64,000 bases of DNA, taken from contig JAAILG010000129.1 of assembly GCA_012026655.1 (NCBI GenBank), positions 1-64,000 on the forward strand, written 5' to 3'. Below, in pieces: positions 14,242 to 26,791 of this stretch. The notes below the pieces were generated by a model. The model had not been told where the DNA came from. It was given only the letters and a program-made list of their open reading frames with translations, and did not search any database. The position numbers and the translations under genes are program-made. This DNA is from Hydrolagus affinis. Its lineage: Eukaryota. How positions within the stretch are numbered: the first letter of the stretch is position 1; every line of letters starts with the position of its first letter.

Positions 14242-14612
14242 ACAACCACAACAAAATTACACTTGTATAGCGCCTTTCACGTCAGGAGGATGTCCCAACG
14301 CGCTGGACAGTCATTGTTTCAGACCTGAGCTGGAGTCGGGAACTGGGAGGGTGGAGGAAAAGGGGGACCGATGGGACCGTCGAAGAAGAGGGTCTTGAGG
14401 TGGGACTTAAAGGAGGGGCAAAGGGACTGTGGGTTGGAATTCCAGAGGCTGGGGCAGAGTGGCTGAAAGCTCGCCCGCCAATGGTGGGGAGGTTGGGTCG
14501 GGGGACACAGAGCAGGCCAGAGCCTGCTGAGTGGCAGGAATGGGCAGCTTGTTAGGGGTTTAGGAAGTCATAGAGGTAGGGTGGGGCAAGGCCATGAAGG
14601 GCTTTGAATGTG
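14242..14612 (-). mobile_element. L2 LINE 3' fragment with (TTG)n tail
   Basis: minus strand encodes FKALHGLAPPYL and GGRAFSHSAP-like L2 ORF2-end motifs, then GTGAAAGGCGCTATACAAGTGTAATTTTGTTG; similar fragment near 32095-32400. Confidence 0.8.
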
Positions 14613-15123
14613 AAAACACAAGCCGAAAATACTTCCTTGGATATATAGCTCAGTGAATCAGTACTAATTCATAGTAAGTTACTACCTCTATTTCTGTTTA
14701 AGTGCTCTGAGACATTGCCCTAGATGAAGGCTATGTTGGTGTTGTAGCTATTAAAAGAAAAGTGGGCTTTATTGGGAGAAATCAGTCAGTCAGTCAGTCA
14801 AAACTTACATTAATATAGCGCCTTTCACGTCGAGAGGACATCCCAAGGTGCTGTACAATTAGCTTGGGACAAGAACAGGCATGAAGGGTTCGGGGCAGGA
14901 TGAAAAAGAATTGGTGAAATGATGTCCAGCTCTACCTGTGTGCAGATAGGAATCCGATTAAATGAAAACTGGTCCATGATGCGGGATTGGTTAGACTAGT
15001 GGGTCAGACAATGGCCTAGCATTTCTAGATGTGTGTTTGAATCAAGCCTAGATTTAACTAAGTCTGTCTGTAAACTGTTTGGCGAGAGGATTCTACAACA
15101 ATGTGCTTTATTTATTCTCTTGA

Positions 15124-15234
<111 letters not shown>

Positions 15235-15825
15235 TAAGGAACATCTCACATAATGAAATAGTGAAAACTGTATCCAAGGGTCTACTTTCGCCCCAGAAAA
15301 CAAGGGATTGAATCCAGCTCAGACTTGTAGGATAAAGAGGCATTCATTCCTCCCTTGCAATGATTGCAAAAAACACAATGAAATTATCTCCACATGTTTA
15401 TATTGGGATTTCCCATTATCCAGACCAACAGAAATATCAGAATATATTATGAATATAATATGAATGTAAATGTGGTTATGGATTTATATTTTAAAAATTG
15501 TCACTCAATCCATGACTGTTTGAGGGACAGTGCTATGCACAATTGACTGCCACATTTCACCCACAAAATATAGTTAAATCGGTTTATAGTATATTCTGTG
15601 AAGTGGTTTGAGATATCTAGAAGACGTGACAAGACACTCTATCCAATGCAAGGATTATTGTTATAATTTTCAGAAAGTAACTATAAGGTCTCAAACAACA
15701 GGCGTGTTACAAAAATGAAGACCTGTGATATATAGAATAATATATAGAAGCAGGGAGATGAATCTGTGCGGTGGGCAGATAAGTGGCAAGTGAAATTCAA
15801 CTCTTTTTTTTGTGTGGTGCTGCAG

Positions 15826-15909
15826 GCTTTGCTGGCACGCCCGGCTACCTGTCTCCGGAAGTGTTGAGGAAGGATCCGTATGGCAAACCTGTGGACCTCT
15901 GGGCATGTG
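15826..15909 (+). CDS. camk2a: camk2a exon 8 ([28 protein letters not shown])
   Basis: tgcag|GC...TGTG|gtaag; 84 nt. Confidence 0.97.
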
Positions 15910-16012
15910 GTAAGGAAACGGATAGAAAAAACAGAAAATTATTGTTGAAAATTAGGAAAAAAATAGCCTGCTATTTTGGATTTAATTAATAATCCATAGA
16001 GAAACTAATTGA

Positions 16013-16327
<315 letters not shown>

Positions 16328-16637
16328 TGAACAGTCCTCTAGAAAATGAGTCACTCAATTCACAGCTGTTATGAAGTTTGCTGTTTTGCTGTGTGCAGAT
16401 CAGTCATTGCATTTGCCAACAACTACACTTGACAACATTAGCTGCGAAGGCTTTAAGCGTTTCAATGTTATATGTTATAGAAACCTTTTGTCTAACTTCC
16501 TCTGTTTTCTTCTGCTGATAATCCTCAATTTACAACATCTTATTGTTTATTTAATCCATCACTACAAAATCATCACCATTTGTCCTCTGAAACCAATCAG
16601 ATTGTTGAAAGCGCCTGTGTTTTTCTCTCGTGTGTAG

Positions 16638-16760
16638 TTTCCGTCACCGGAATGGGACACCGTGACTCCAGAAGCAAAAGACCTCATCAACAAGATGCTG
16701 ACGATTAATCCCTCCAAACGCATCTCTGCGGCTGAGGTCCTCAAACATCCCTGGATCTCT
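16638..16760 (+). CDS. camk2a: camk2a exon 10 ([41 protein letters not shown])
   Basis: tgtag|TTT...ATCTCT|gtacg; 123 nt. Confidence 0.97.
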
Positions 16761-17048
16761 GTACGTTTGTATTCGGGGTCATGTTCTTCTATTGTCTAGT
16801 ATAAATTCAGAATATTAATCAATTATATCTTTCAAATATGGTTTAGAAATCACAAATAATTCTCGAGGGTGCTGCAGTACTATTCCCAACTACTATTAAT
16901 TTCTCTTCCCTCCCCGATCCCAGCTCGAGTACGAAACACTGACTGCCCAGCGCCTTGGGATGTCCTCCCGCCTTGAAAGGCACTATACACTTGCAATTTT
17001 GTTGTTTTTGTTGTTATTAACACATATAAAATGTTTACTGTCTAACAG

Positions 17049-17132
17049 CATCGTGCTACAGTGGCCTCCTGCATGCACAGACAGGAAACCGTTGACTGTT
17101 TGAAGAAATTCAACGCAAGAAGGAAACTCAAG
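17049..17132 (+). CDS. camk2a: camk2a exon 11 ([28 protein letters not shown]; T286-equivalent autophosphorylation site)
   Basis: aacag|CAT...CTCAAG|gtaca; 84 nt; regulatory segment. Confidence 0.97.
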
Positions 17133-17609
17133 GTACATTTTCTTAGTTGTTTGACATGTAGAATAAGACGGAGGCACCTGACTCACCTGACTTAATGAAG
17201 CTGGTCAGTCCTCTTTAGGCTTTGATCTCTAAGCCTGTGATGTTGTAATTTTTGTTATTCTGCTCTACAATAAACTCAGCCATAACAAAATGTTGAGTCT
17301 TGGGTACATAGGAACAGATGTAGGCCATTCAGCCCTTCAAGCCTGTTCCGCCATTCTATTAAATAATGTACCTCAACTCAAATTACCCACCCTTGCCCAT
17401 ATCCCTGGATAGCCTGACCTAACAAATATCTATTCACCTCAAACTTGAAAATTTGAATGGATCCAGCCATAATCCACAGCCTTTTGTGGGAGGGAGAGAG
17501 TTCCAGATTCCCACTAGCCTTACACAGAATGACTTCAGAATACAAAACACCAGCAATAAGTGTTTCTCAAAAATCATGTCTTTAAATATAAACCTGTTGT
17601 TTGTTGCAG

Positions 17610-17652
17610 GGTGCTATCCTGACCACAATGCTGGCCACCAGAAATTTCTCAG
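17610..17652 (+). CDS. camk2a: camk2a exon 12 (GAILTTMLATRNFS; T305/306-equivalent)
   Basis: tgcag|GGT...TCAG|gtaag; 43 nt; calmodulin-binding helix. Confidence 0.96.
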
Positions 17653-18029
17653 GTAAGTCAGAGCAGATGCTTCCTTCAATGTGCTGTCAATTGAGAAGCA
17701 ACATTCACATCCGCCATGTAAAACGCTATGCTTCCATTGTGAAATCACCTGCATGTGAAGTCACATCCACTCAGTTCTAGTAGAGATGCTGCCTGGCATG
17801 GAAAAGAATGTTAGGAATACCCACTCGGTCAGAGAGGATGGCTCAAAACTGGCCTGTAGTGATACACAAATAGGTAAGGTAGACAATGGCCATATTGGGC
17901 TACCCATTTGCCATTTGGATATTAATTAATGACAATATTCCACTACCTTAAAAATATTCAATAACTAACAAAAAGAGCATTGTGATTAGCCAAAGGAACA
18001 TGCCAAATTTGTGCCTTTTGTTTCTCCCT

Positions 18030-18357
18030 CCAATGTCCTCCCCTCCTCTCCTGAACATATCGGGGTATCAATTCCACACTTCCTCCAGGACCTCCCACAA
18101 ATGGCCATTATTTCTGTGTGAGTTAAGAAAGGGGAGGTTATAGGACCATAGTGTGAAGGCATCACAACCAAACCCAACTCTTCCTCACCAGTCATCTGCA
18201 CACATTTTCCAGTTGTATATGACGAGGAGCAAGTACACTGGCTAATACTTTCCCAATGAGGAAATATTATTTTATTTATAAAATAATATTTTAACAATGA
18301 GGCCAATATTATCCTTAACTGCAACTCAGCCGACAACAGCTACCCAGCACAGTCCAG
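18030..18357 (-). mobile_element. AmnSINE2-like ancient SINE (inverted relative to 18883-19236)
   Basis: reverse-complement blocks in the same order as the + copy; further copies near 6387-6500(-), 11990-12120(+), 52813-52995(-). Confidence 0.55.
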
Positions 18358-18882
18358 CTTCTACATGTAATATACATACAAGACAATATAATCTGCTTTC
18401 ACCAGCACAGTAATAATTGGGTTGGAGTTTGCTACAAGACTGTGACTCAATCAAGACACTCAAATAGTGACAAGAGATCACATTGCCTTCAGAATTCCAG
18501 AAGTTTACACTCCAACCCAACTGTTCTGCATCACCATTGTCACTTGACCATTACTCTGGGACTTACCATTGTGTGCTATGGATACCCGTCTACAAAATGT
18601 GCATTATTGCTTCCAGCAATCACTGCTGAGTTTCCGTCTTTTGTTTGTGTGGCTATCTGATGTCACTGTTTCTTCTTTGCTCGGTTGGGCAAATGTTTGA
18701 TTGTCCACCCTGTGTTGATTCCAACACAATCAGGGGGTTATATATAGTACCAGCCTTCACATGGGAGAGAGGAGCACTGTGCTTTTGGACTGTGCCGTCC
18801 ATACTCCCCTCTATCCCAGTAGACTGTGTCCTGGCATCACCCACCTCTGCCCATTGCCCAGATAGTGGCAACAGAGTGACCC

Positions 18883-19236
18883 TGAGCCATGCAGACCTGG
18901 AGGGTCCCAGGTTAGGTCTCTGGTCGGTGCTGAGTTAGCTGATCTCAGCCAGGCTGGCACTTGGGGGAGTGCTATAGTTGGTCTCATGGTCTCGTGGAGT
19001 TGGGAGAGGTTAATACAATCAGCCCAGGTTTTCCATACTGATGGCTGTGAAGGTACCAGTGTTTGGATGGTGGGTGTAAACAGCACTGGGCTTGACTGTG
19101 ATGCCCTCCCGCAGTTGAATACCCTGCCAAGACTTACTGGCTGGAGTCCCTCATAAAGAATGACCACTTGGGCAAGTTCAGCGCGCTGGGAATTGTTCTC
19201 CAGGATAAACTAGCACTTTCAGGAGAGGAGGGGAAG
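18883..19236 (+). mobile_element. AmnSINE2-like ancient SINE, near full length
   Basis: TGAGCCATGCAGACC..GGTCCCAGGTT..GTGCTGAGTTAGCTGATCTCAGCC..CTGTGATGCCCTCC..AAGAATGACCACTTGGGC..TTCAGGAGAGGAGGGG; family name from recalled consensus. Confidence 0.6.
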
Positions 19237-21420
19237 ATACTGGTGACAAGAGAGAGTTTACCACTAACACAATGCATCCCCTTTTCTTATTCTGTTTTCC
19301 TGTCCTGAGCTGAGCTATTGGGTTTTATTACTTAAAGTTTCTATCCCTATCTTTCCTGTTAAACCATTTCAGCACTAACCAACATTTTACCAACAACTGG
19401 TAAGTAATCAGTGATTTTTGACATAAAAATACTGATGTTATCATTTTTATTTGCAAAATAAAAGAAGACTTGGGAGTGTTTGAAGTCCTCAGATCTGCTA
19501 CCAAGACACCCCAAGCCAGCTGTTATTTTATATGTTAACATCTTTCTTCCAGTCACATGATTAATACCATGCATTTGCTTCTCCAAACAAGGCATTGTAA
19601 CATGCACGTATGTCACTCATAGAGTTTGATATGCAAAGAATTATTCAGTACGGATAGAGAGTTGGCATGATGGCAACGCACTTTGCCAAGGCATCTGGGT
19701 TCAGCCCCATGATTGTGTGCCTGGCAGTCTCACAGACATGAGGGGGAGAGGGAGAGAGCAGCAATGAGTGTTACCATAGAAATTTAAGGCTCAGAAGAAA
19801 ACCATTTGGCCCATCGCATCCATCGACACCCATACACTGCAGTGTGAAACCTAATTTTGACTCACCCACCCGCCAAAAACACATTGTGCAAACACAAAAG
19901 AAAAGATGAAAAAGAAATCCATCACTCAAACATACAGTTCTCACTGCTTTCAGAAGCTGAAATATTTTAATCCACATTGATGGACATTGTGATCCTTCTC
20001 TCTGATGGGATTGAGGTGGGCTCTGTTAGGCTGATGTATCTTTCACTGCCCAAAAAAGGTCCTGTTCCATTCACAAAAACATAACTGTAGCACGTCTCTT
20101 CAGTAATGTAAATTGGCATTTCTATTACACTCTGGAGTTCCACAGTTAAATCAAATTGCTATACAGTGCAGTGAGTGCTCACATTTGTGGCCGAGAGTGA
20201 AATCTGCTTGTAATGGATTCAGGAAATTCCAGGGGACAGAACGAGGAATATACTGCCTGTTACACAAGATTGCCATTGGTACAGAATCCAGTCTCTGGGT
20301 TTGGTTCATGCATGTACCAGTTCCACGCTTTGTATGACTTTTTTTTTCTACATGCTTTCCATTAAACAAGCAGCTGCTTACTATAATATAAATGTATTGA
20401 TCAGAAACATTTCCTCTCAATGTGATGTGTTTATGATCCGGTTCCTTTGAAGACTCAATCCTTTGCAGCTTTTGAAAATGCCGTCTCTTTTTCATCCTGT
20501 GAAGAGTCTGTTAAAAGTGTCCTGAAGAACTGTGAAGCAGGCAAGGTAAAACAGAGACACTTCAGTCCCAATGGGAGAGAGCCTCTTTCTTCTTCCCTGC
20601 GGGTAAAATGTACCAATCTATCAGTGGCTGGGGTATGTGGTAGAGACCAGAACATTGGACTCAGACTCAGATTGATGTCGCAATAGAGAACAGTTGGGTC
20701 AGTGTTCAGGATAGATGTGGTCAAATGGGCCAATGGCTCTTCTTCATTTCAACCAATGTTTTTTTTTGTGTTGCAAGAATACTCCCTCCCTCCCCCAAAA
20801 TATATTGTAGCTTCCTTCAGTGATTCAGTGTGAGGTGTTCTAGGGCAGAAGTGGCTCTAGAAGCCAAGACTGGAGAAGTCAGACGTGTCCATTGTGATCC
20901 AATGCAGATGATCGTAGCCAGGGTGATGGTGGATAATACACTTCAATTGATCTCAATGATCCTGATCTGAGGATCATGCCCATTCCCCCCTCGCATGCCT
21001 ATGAATAATACAGTTATATGGACACTGGATAGGAACATGAGTGAAGTTGATGCAAGGTTTCAAGTCAAATAAATGTCCAACACTTACTGTGCAGCATAAC
21101 ACAATAAATAAGGACCATTAGAGTGTGGTACAGAGGACACTAAGCACTCGTGCAACTGGATCCCACTGCAAGTCAATAACAACACTAACTTACATTTATA
21201 CAGCGCTCCTCATTCAATGTAGCATCTCAGAGCATCAGGAGAAGCAGGACAAAAGAGCAGAGAACTGCACAGTTTGAACATTCTACACGGGGCTGATAAC
21301 AAGTACAGCTCTGCCTTATATAGTGAGGTGGTCAGGACATTGCTTATTCCTGGAGCCACAGAGGGAATTTGAATTGAGTTTGTAACATCTCAATATGTAT
21401 TTTTTTGCCTCACTCTGCAG

Positions 21421-21461
21421 GAGGGAAGAGCTCTGTGAACAAGAAAACAGATGGAGTGAAG
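21421..21461 (+). CDS. camk2a: camk2a linker exon 13 (GGKSSVNKKTDGVK)
   Basis: ctgcag|GA...GTGAAG|gtagg; 41 nt, matches the alpha linker exon GGKSGGNKKxDGVK. Confidence 0.92.
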
Positions 21462-21864
21462 GTAGGACCAAAGCTTTTACTTTATATTTCATTTTCACTT
21501 TCTATCGAACAGGAAACTTTCTGATGCTTATTTATAAATACTGTCAGGCCTGGCCAAGTAGCTGGTCCTCGTTGTGAGTTTAGCAGCTATTTTCCCCCAG
21601 GGTGTGAACATTTACCAGATTTGTGGCTTATTTCCATTATAATAAGCTCATGGAAATCCATTGCTTCCACTCTTACTAATTGTGGTCATTTTGTGATTTG
21701 GTGAATCTTGGCACGTGTCAGTGCTGGGAAACGGACACATTCAAGGCATCTCCAGAGTCAACATCAAGCCATATCCCAATAATATATAGGATTATAAGAG
21801 CGCCCTCCCTACTGCAACAGTGTGAGTTTCCAGTTCCCACATTCCCTGGGAGCTGCTCAAATTA

Positions 21865-22050
21865 AAATTGCCATTTTAGTACCAAACTCAATATAGTGCC
21901 AAGTATTGTGAGCCAATGCTCATTAGACTTCGGATTGTCCAAACACATCTCACACAGGACTCTTACAGCTAACTAACTTGGGAGCCTTTTATTGAATTAG
22001 TCTGAGCTGGATTCAAACTCTGGTCCCACAGGTACAAAGTCAGTGGCACT
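21865..22050 (-). mobile_element. LF-SINE-like relic
   Basis: reverse complement has GAGTTTGAATCCAGCTCAGAC, GTGTGAGATGTGTTTGG and TTTGGTACTAAAATGGC in the order recalled for LF-SINE. Confidence 0.4.
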
Positions 22051-22859
22051 CTGGATATAGTGTTTGATAAGCCACAGCACACTACATTTGCCAACATCTG
22101 TCTACCATCGCAATCTGCTCTCCGGCCAAATACCAGGAGATCTCAAGTGTAGAACACTTCACACAATGGATTAATCCTGCTAACTCCTGTAATGTGGATT
22201 ATAGGGACAATTGGAGATATTTAGACAAAAGTGTAAACTTTGATTTAAAGCTTGAGGGATCTGCTTTTTTTATATACAGAAATACTTCTGTTTAATATCA
22301 GACTTCCATTAGTATGAAGAACAAACAAAGAGAACAGCTGAATAGATTTCTTGAAAGAATATAGAGCCTTCGGTGTTAATTCAATGTTGGCCTTTAGATT
22401 GAGATTGCAAATAATAAAAGCTGAAATGTCCCCGATCAAAATTGTCTCTGAAATCATCAGTTGAAATGATTCCAGAAACTCATTCTACCGATTGAAAACA
22501 CCACTCATTATTTGCTAAATTCACCAAGGAAATGACTAATCCTATTTCTTTCACACATTTCACAAACAACTTAACTGACAGGAACAAACTCATTCTTTCT
22601 TTGTCTTTCACAAACCTAACGCCTCTCCCTGTTCACCTTGCCCTTGAACTACTGTTGCCATCTTTTCCACTCATCCTCTCCCTCACTCTTTCTTCTCCTC
22701 ATTGCCACCTCATCATTGTTCTTCTCTCTCTACAATATCATGTTCTGCTCAATCCTCTTTGCTCCTCCATTCCACTGAAATTGAAAATCTCCACCTATTG
22801 ACTCTTCCGCACAATTCTTGCCTTTCCCAACCCTCCGGCCCTCCCTCCCACCCCTCCAG

Positions 22860-22892
22860 AAGAGGAAGTCTAGTTCCAGTGTTCAACTGATG
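22860..22892 (+). CDS. camk2a: camk2a alternative exon 14, alphaB nuclear localisation insert (KRKSSSSVQLM)
   Basis: long pyrimidine tract, ctccag|AAGAGGAAGTCTAGTTCCAGTGTTCAACTGATG|gtaag; 33 nt, phase 0-0. Confidence 0.93.
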
Positions 22893-23936
22893 GTAAGACT
22901 TTTTTCCTTAGATTCATGACCTTTCTGACCTGCTGCACTCTTAGTGGAAATACAATAACTACAATGAACATTCCTCCTCCTTGAAATGAAGGCCATTCTT
23001 GGGACTAGGTGCTGCGGTGTCTCTGGCTTCTGCCTTTCATCTCTGGTACCTGACTTTGAATTCTGGCCAAACGCACAGAACAACATTTTCTTCATCTGGT
23101 GGCTGTCGTGCCCTTTAATATGACATTAAATTAGCAATCGCATTCAGAGAAGGTGGCAGGTAAAAAGATTGAAAATGTCACACTGGTGCAGTAGGAAGCT
23201 CCCTTGCAATTAGGGCAGATGAGAGGGATATATATCTGCCCCTCCCAAGAATGAGACTTAACCTCATTCTTCCCGCTCACCTTATGCCTGCACAATCACT
23301 GCAGTGCCCTGCATACATACAGTATTAGCAGCTCGTAACAATTAGCTGTCTCTCAGAAGCCCTTTTTTCACAAGGAAGATTACGTGAACAACACATATCC
23401 CAATTGGATAACTCCAAGATGTCAAGCTGAACAATAGATGTTTCTGTAGCAAAGGCTTTTCAATGATTAAAATAATCAGAACTGATATACGTTATTTTAC
23501 CAAAATCTTAGCCTATTATCAAAATCACAACATTGGGAGGCAATTGGAAAGAAGATCATATGATGTTGATATTTTTAGTCAATAATGATTTGCTATTCCT
23601 GATCTCAGTGAGTGAAGGAGTCAGCCTCAGGCAAAATGGCACAATTGGTACATTTGACATGTTCTTATACAGTGTAATAAGTTACAATCACTGATGGTAG
23701 GTTTTAGTAACTTAGATTTGAAGAGATTTCTATGTGTAATTAGGTTGCATGGAAATCTCAGCTTGATCAGGATACTGTCGTGCATGATAATGGGTTTCTG
23801 CCTGTGTCAGACATCCAGCTGACCAAAAAAAAAGGTTATAAAGTTGATATTCTGAGTTGTACTGCGGTCAGTTTGTGGATTCCATGCTCAGCTTGGGTTA
23901 CTTCTGCTGGTGACCATTTTGTCTCCTTCCTCCTAG

Positions 23937-23985
23937 GAATCCTCAGAGAGTACAAATACTACAATTGAGGATGAGGACACAAAAG
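23937..23985 (+). CDS. camk2a: camk2a exon 15 (ESSESTNTTIEDEDTK)
   Basis: cctag|GAA...AAAG|gtaag; 49 nt. Confidence 0.96.
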
Positions 23986-24248
23986 GTAAGGCTGATCTCA
24001 GTAACCCACAATAGGAAGACTCTCAAAGGCAATACAAGGCAATGAAGGGTGCACCCACAGAATCACCAGTGAAAGGAACATCAAGAAAATTGGCAGAGAT
24101 TAAAGATCAAAATACTATAATGGCAATCGATGGCATGATTGTCACAGAAGGACAATAGATAGTCACAATAGGATGAGCACACGAGTTCCACATCAGTAGT
24201 TTGCTGTGACCATGATGAAGCACAGAGAGGAAATAGCTCTCTGGGTGA

Positions 24249-24437
<189 letters not shown>

Positions 24438-24834
24438 TAAGTCCATTCCATGTCCCCTTTGTCATCATTTAGGAATACGATTGGCTAGTTTGTATGAATT
24501 ATACAGATGTTCACTTAGCTTGATGAGTTAACTAAAAACATTATTGCTTAGTGTAAAATGTGTGTCATTAAATCTGAGACTGCATATCCTAGAATATTTA
24601 TAGCCCAATTAATGAGCCTGTGTTGATGCTAGTTTCACTGGTTGCAAATAGTTTCATTAAGAGCCTTGAGAAAACTGAAAACCCAACTAATGAAGTTAGC
24701 CGTTGTCACACTGATCACTTGACATGTGCCATCACATCACAATAGGGAATGCTGATTGTACTGGAGCAATTCTGGTCTTACACAGAAGTTAATCAATTGA
24801 TTTCCATTTTAACTACGATGTCTTGGTGTTACAG

Positions 24835-24929
24835 GAAGATGTGTGACCCAGGTGTCACTGCATTCGAACCTGAAGCTCTGGGGAACCTGGTGGAGGGGCT
24901 GGACTTTCACAGGTTCTACTTTGAAAACT
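24835..24929 (+). CDS. camk2a: camk2a exon 17 ([31 protein letters not shown])
   Basis: tacag|G...AACT|gtaag; 95 nt. Confidence 0.97.
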
Positions 24930-25397
24930 GTAAGTATCTATTGTCTCTTGCTGTAGTTTGTATTTATAGAGTTCAATTTATCTCAGCATCGTAACTACTT
25001 GAATAAAACCAATACAGGGCTATGGTGTAAAAGTGGGGGGAGAGAGACTATTTGGTAGCTCTTTCAAAGAGTCGGCACAGGCATTGTGGACCAAATGCCC
25101 TCCTTCGATGCTGTAGGAATCTATGATTCTATGGTGGATGTCACCTTATACCTCGGCTACTAATGTAATTCTAACTATCAATTTTGTTGTGCCCTCTCCA
25201 ACACAAGAGGTTCCTACTATGATGCGACAGCCTTAGTGACTATAGTGACTTGAGGTTCACTGTTAAAAAATTTAAAATGTCATGCGCTCATTAATGTAAC
25301 ACATGAACACTTGACTTATTTTCAATAAAACCATGGATGAGTTCTTGGGATTATGAAACATATTGATGTTTGTTGTTAAACATTGTATTTTCTCCAG

Positions 25398-25626
25398 TGT
25401 GGTCCAAGAACAACAAGCCTGTCCACACCACAATCCTGAACCCTCACATCCATCTGATCGGGGACGAGGCGGCTTGCATCGCCTACATCCGCATCACACA
25501 GTACATCGACAGCAATGGCCTTCCGCGCACTGCCCAGTCAGAGGAGACACGCATCTGGCACCGTCGCGATGGCAAATGGCAGATAGTTCACTTCCATCGA
25601 TCAGGAACTTCGTCCGCACTTGCTAA
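25398..25626 (+). CDS. camk2a: camk2a exon 18 ([17 protein letters not shown]...[10 protein letters not shown])
   Basis: tccag|TG...GCTAA|gtaag; 229 nt; hub domain C-terminus. Confidence 0.96.
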
Positions 25627-26787
25627 GTAAGGGCACGGAGGGAGCACAGCTGAATGTCAGTGACAACCCATTGATCAAGGGCCATGGTGCAGGAACCAGC
25701 AAAGCTGGATACAGAAGGAAATAGAAATACATCAAGTGTAGTTAAACTTTGGGTTTGAAACCGTGTAGATTAGAGAAGGAAGGCAAGACTGAGTTAATTA
25801 GAGACTGGGAGAAGCGTTGATTTCAACACAGTGACTACTTACCATGGGGATGAGGACACAGGTGGTGATGAGGTAACAAGTGTCAAAAGAACTGAAGGGA
25901 GTGAGGAAATATTTCTCCGATAAATCTTTTGCATAATTGCACTGCAAATGGCATCCAGAATAGGGTGGGGTTGGGAGCACAGACTGATATGTTGAGGTGA
26001 GTGATGGGGGAGTAATGAGATATTAACACTGAATTGTAAAGCTCATTGCTACCATCTACTGGTTCAACACTGATAATGAGCGAAGATACAAGACTGACAT
26101 AAGTGGGAACGAATGCCAATACTGTATTCCCTAAAGAGTAGAGAAAGAAAGGAAGCAAATGATTGAGACATTTGTCTCTGAACCCGAGACTGAATCTATC
26201 CCCAAACTGATGGGATGACAAGATGTCTCCTCTGTTTGTTGACTTGAGGGGTCCAGTTTGTGACTGAGTTTGGAAATCTTACTCTAGTTCCTCGTAAACA
26301 ACAAAATTACATTTGGATAGCTCCTTTCACGTCGGGAGGATGTCCAAGGCGCTGAAAATTGGATTCACAGCACAAAACTTTACCCATTCCACATTAAATT
26401 GACAATATAATGTCATTGCGTCGGTGCTTGCACTGTCACGATGGGCCGAATGGCCTCCTTTTGTGCTGTAAAATTCTATGATTTTATGATATAGCACTTA
26501 AATGACAAGCAACAACAACAACAACTTGGATTTATGTAGCTCCCTCCATGCCGGACGGTGTCTCAGAGCGCTTACAGTTTTCAGTTGGATTTGGAGACTC
26601 TTAAACAAGGTGATGGGTGTATTAGACACCTGGCTTCTCCTTCAAGGTTTTAGCAAAGGAAACTTTTGTCCTTTTGTTTCTGATTTTCAACTTCAACCGA
26701 ACCAGTTACTAACTAATAATGTTCACGAGTGTATGTGTAAAGTATACACAAGTATAGCCTAACAATCTTTGTGTTGTGTCCCCGTAG

Positions 26788-26791
26788 CTGA
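26788..26791 (+). CDS. camk2a: camk2a terminal exon, coding part (AA|C TGA: Asn-stop)
   Basis: tgtccccgtag|CTGA; last codon split across the intron, then stop, as in mammalian CAMK2A. Confidence 0.8.

Noticed and set aside
19272-19313. Hydrophobic ATG-initiated MHPLFLFCFPVLS as a possible alphaKAP leader
   Set aside because: Stops after 13 codons with no donor; reflects a pyrimidine tract
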